Source: Ophelia neglecta
Lineage: Eukaryota
Length of the DNA stretch: 64,000 nt
Reading direction: 5' to 3'
NCBI GenBank assembly: GCA_965285935.1
Contig: OZ260661.1
Location: 51,956,001 to 52,020,000 of the forward strand
A program made the position numbers and the translations under genes. Shown piece by piece: positions 60,496 to 64,000 of this stretch; positions within the stretch are counted from its first letter, which is position 1; the number at the start of each line of letters is the position of its first letter. Under the pieces are notes generated by a model. It was not told the origin of the DNA. It saw nothing but the letters and a program-made list of their open reading frames with translations, and ran no database searches.

Positions 60496-63400
60496 CCGTT
60501 ATGTCCGCTATTAGTGTACGCTATGTTGCAAGAGCCATTGCTAATGGTTATCGTGAGTGGCTATATGTCACGAGCACCAGATGTAGTCTCCTTGCAATAG
60601 CTCACCGCCACAGACTGACACATAATACATGATGCATTGCTTGTTGGTTGGTTTGGTCTGTTAAGCTCCCACTAATTATCTGTGCCCGAATCCTCCTCAT
60701 CTAGTCTCTTCCACGCGACTTGTTAGGAAAATGGCTGCCTGCGAGGTACTTACGAGAGTAAGACAGTCAGATTAACCCCACAGCTTCTGTTCCTGTTTAA
60801 GCCTCTTGAATTGTCATGTATTACTCGTGCAGACTCAAATTCAATTAATACATGCATGGTTCTGGTATTAGCAATCCTGTAAATTCTGCTAATTGCAGAA
60901 AACATTATGGCTGTAGAGATCCCCGTGTCAGACACATTCTATCTTTATGACAATATTAATGTGCCTGTAAATTAGTTCTTTCTTTTTATCGCGTCGACAG
61001 GGAGTTCCCTCTATACGTCTTTTAATTAGTCTGGTAATCTTATCAAATAACAATTCGCCGTAGTCAAGAACCATTTGTGAATTTCCTACCCGTTAATAAC
61101 CGGGTTAGAAGTTCAACAGTGGTTGAAAATACATGTCCTGTATTATTGTATATTGTATATGCATATTGTTCCTTAAACTATAATAATTTCATTCTATGCA
61201 CTATTGAAATGTCTGTCACAAAATGAGTCACATTTATAACCTAGCCCTGGACATTGGAGTGTGAATGTTTTATTTTATTTTTATTAAAGAGGTTCTCAGA
61301 TCTCTTCTGTGTAACCAAAAACAATCCCATTTAACTACAACCTCCCTTTGCCTCTGTGAAGGGAGAAGACCAATATTAATGTGCCTGAATCTAATTCTAG
61401 GTTCCACTTTCAGTTAAATCAGGTGAAACTTTCAATTAGTGGAGCTTAGCATCTTTTATTGTCATAGCTAATTTAATCCAAAATATAAATATTGATTTTC
61501 AACTGCGGCTGTGGGAAATAGAAGCTGCTTTGAGTGCTGACGGTGACACTCGCTCGATTAGGTCACGGCGCCAAATTTAAGAGGCAGACGAACTCCCTCG
61601 GGGCCACTTCTACTTATTTATTTGGCAGAGAAATATCAAGATTGATAGTATGAAAACTTGTTCTTCTCATGGCTCCATTGGTGCTCCGTTTTCTACGATA
61701 TGAGTCTTTTTGATATCAGTATATATGATGTTGTCCAATATACAGCTACTGTATATGCCAATGTTACAGAACATTATCCCGACTAGACCGCAGTGAATAA
61801 ACCAGTAGCCTAATGAAATACCATGCAAATGCTACCTCCATTTTAGCAAAATACTTCTTTTCAATTTCGAGTCAATGTAATGGATGGCCACAAAACGGGA
61901 AGGGGTGCTAACATATCTGTTTCCGTCCGGCGGAACCTCATAATAAATTAACGGACAATGTTCAATTCTCCAAAGGAAAATCGACCGAGGCAACTCAGTG
62001 ATGGAGAAATACCATATGTTGATGAGCCAGCAGGCCTGTGAACTTAATTAAATGTCTAGGCAGGACTGCTTAAAGTAGTCCCATTACCTGTGCTCGATCA
62101 TTAAAAATTGATTGCACCGTCCTCGACCTTCTCGTGGAAACGAGCACAGGATCGACTCTATAGGAGAACGGCTTATGGACTCCGTACAAACTGCTAAACT
62201 TAGCTTCAAGCCTAGTGTATACTCACATCGCAGATCGTTAATAGATGGTAACGTTGGTATTGATCGTTCTTCTCTCAGAGAGTGCTCCGCAAATATAAAA
62301 CAAATACAACCGACCTTAGACCTGGCCCCTTGTATGGCTCTTTATGACTCGTGCCTTGGAATTATGGTCGAATCTGGCATTGCATACATACCATGTCCCA
62401 CGAGTGCTTTGAAACTGCACGCCCTAAATTATAACTTAACGGTAGCATTCAATGATGATATTAACCGTTAAACATCGATACTCTATGATAGAAAGAATAA
62501 AACTAATAGTGAGTTCTGTTCAATTTGATTGGTCCCAAAACGGCATTGATGTTTCTAAATGGAAATGAACACTTCCTAGTCGTTTATCTATCAAATAAGT
62601 GCAACTTTATCTATAAATTTTACATTATCATGTTTTAACGTATATACACGCGCCTTAGTATATGATTATCATGTTAAATATTCTGGGCATGTAATGTTTG
62701 TACGCTTAATTAATTAAATATGAGTCTATTTTAACTTACGACAAACTAGCCTATATCATTATAGAAACTGGTGCTTCATCGCTTTCGATAATCTACTTTT
62801 AGAGAATTAGGACAATGACAAGACTATCCGAAATAGATATTTTCGTGATTAAAAAATCTTAGCAACTACTCATTCATTTATGTGGATTAAAGAATATATC
62901 TTATTAGTATATACATTTAGAATATGATTACTTTTGGGCCGAATTATTTGATTTGCTTGTTATGTTACGTTATAAGCCCTCTCCCTTAAGAGGGATAAAG
63001 CTTTAGATGAGACTCGAGACGTGATTGCCGAAACGGATTAACCTGACATAATTTATAATGCCACGACATTTTCCTTGAATGGCGCCTCCGCTTTGTTCTT
63101 GATTAATAATATTTGTTCACGATTAATAATGTTTGTTCTTGATTAATAATGGAAAATATTGATTGACCGGCTATGATAGTGTGTGGTTGCACTCACTGCA
63201 TCTGCGCTAAACTGCCAGGAAATTGGTTTTGATTGGGAGGGGTAGGGGACTGGGGGTGGGGATGAGAGTGTAAAACTTGGTGTAGCTTAATTTTATATGC
63301 TGCCCCTTGTTTTAGTGTTAAATCGCATCGTGCTCAAAATGGTGAAGCTGCATGCGCTTCTCTACCGTTTGTTATGATTTTAAAGCTGAAATTACTATAT

Positions 63401-64000
63401 AATTAGGGAAAGAATAGTGGGACGTATATCTACTCTGAGTAGCTTTAATTGTTGCTTTTATAGAGGTATTTATGGCCTCCTTTTGGTTATGAAGACACAA
63501 TCCTCTATATATTTAAGCGTTTACCATGCACATAATATGCATTCATACTATAGTCTACTAGATGACTAGCATTATAAAACTCTTATGGTTATATCCAATC
63601 TCAGTACGCTCCCATTCATGTGTCTGCGGCAGGGTTTCTATATGGAACTTTTGTGTCCAACTGATCGGCCTGCAAGCGCATGTGTATTGTAAAACGATAC
63701 TAGAAAGACCCCCATTCGCTTCGCTCACTTCCAACACATGCATGTGCCCCCTCCAACTACCAAATATTACTCTTCTATACTACACCGGAAAGCAATTTTG
63801 TCTGGAGTCTGGTTGATTATTGCCGACAAACCACTATATTCATGCAGTCAGGCATAGTGCTCAGCCAATCACAAACACGCATGGCCGTCACTCCGTTGTC
63901 CAGCGCTCGGTGAAGTTGCCGTCAAGTTGCCATCTTTTCTATCATATAGAAAAGATCTAGCATATAGGTTTTCATCTGTCATGTTCGTTTTATCATAAAG

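Noticed and set aside
63840-63945. Promoter (CCAAT plus GCCATCTT, YY1-like) at the window end
   Set aside because: The motifs are short, also common in transposon ends, and there is no downstream context to test them.

Overview
This is eukaryotic genomic DNA, AT-rich with GT-AG introns. It is most likely from a marine invertebrate; the Meta/MESC-like SINE points to a lophotrochozoan such as a mollusc (inference). Contents in order: (1) 96-6614 (+): the last 10 coding exons of a receptor-type protein tyrosine phosphatase of the R5 group (PTPRG/PTPRZ1/Ptp99A-like), with an active D1, a Cys-to-Asp dead D2 and a C-terminal PDZ-ligand-like ETTTM. It is followed by a ~52-bp minisatellite built from its own last codons and stop. 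(2) 8625-13922: an apparently intact 5.3-kb DNA transposon with perfect 28-bp TIRs and ATAT flanks. It encodes a spliced 951-aa Sola2-like DDD transposase whose two extra exons add a Tudor/chromo-barrel-like C-terminus, and it carries seven co-oriented 16-bp subterminal motifs. It lies antisense within what looks like the phosphatase's long, CpG-depleted 3' region. (3) ~16-53 kb: intergenic DNA with decayed Gypsy and LINE (L2, CR1, RTE-X-like) remnants, MITEs, minisatellites and a CpG-rich promoter-like island near 40.6-41.1 kb. (4) 53577-57852+ (+): a prostanoid-receptor-like class A GPCR with a ~430-aa third intracellular loop. I found no clearly new multi-gene system. The transposon architecture, the stop-codon minisatellite and the GPCR are the best leads. 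All family assignments come from motif recognition, not database searches.
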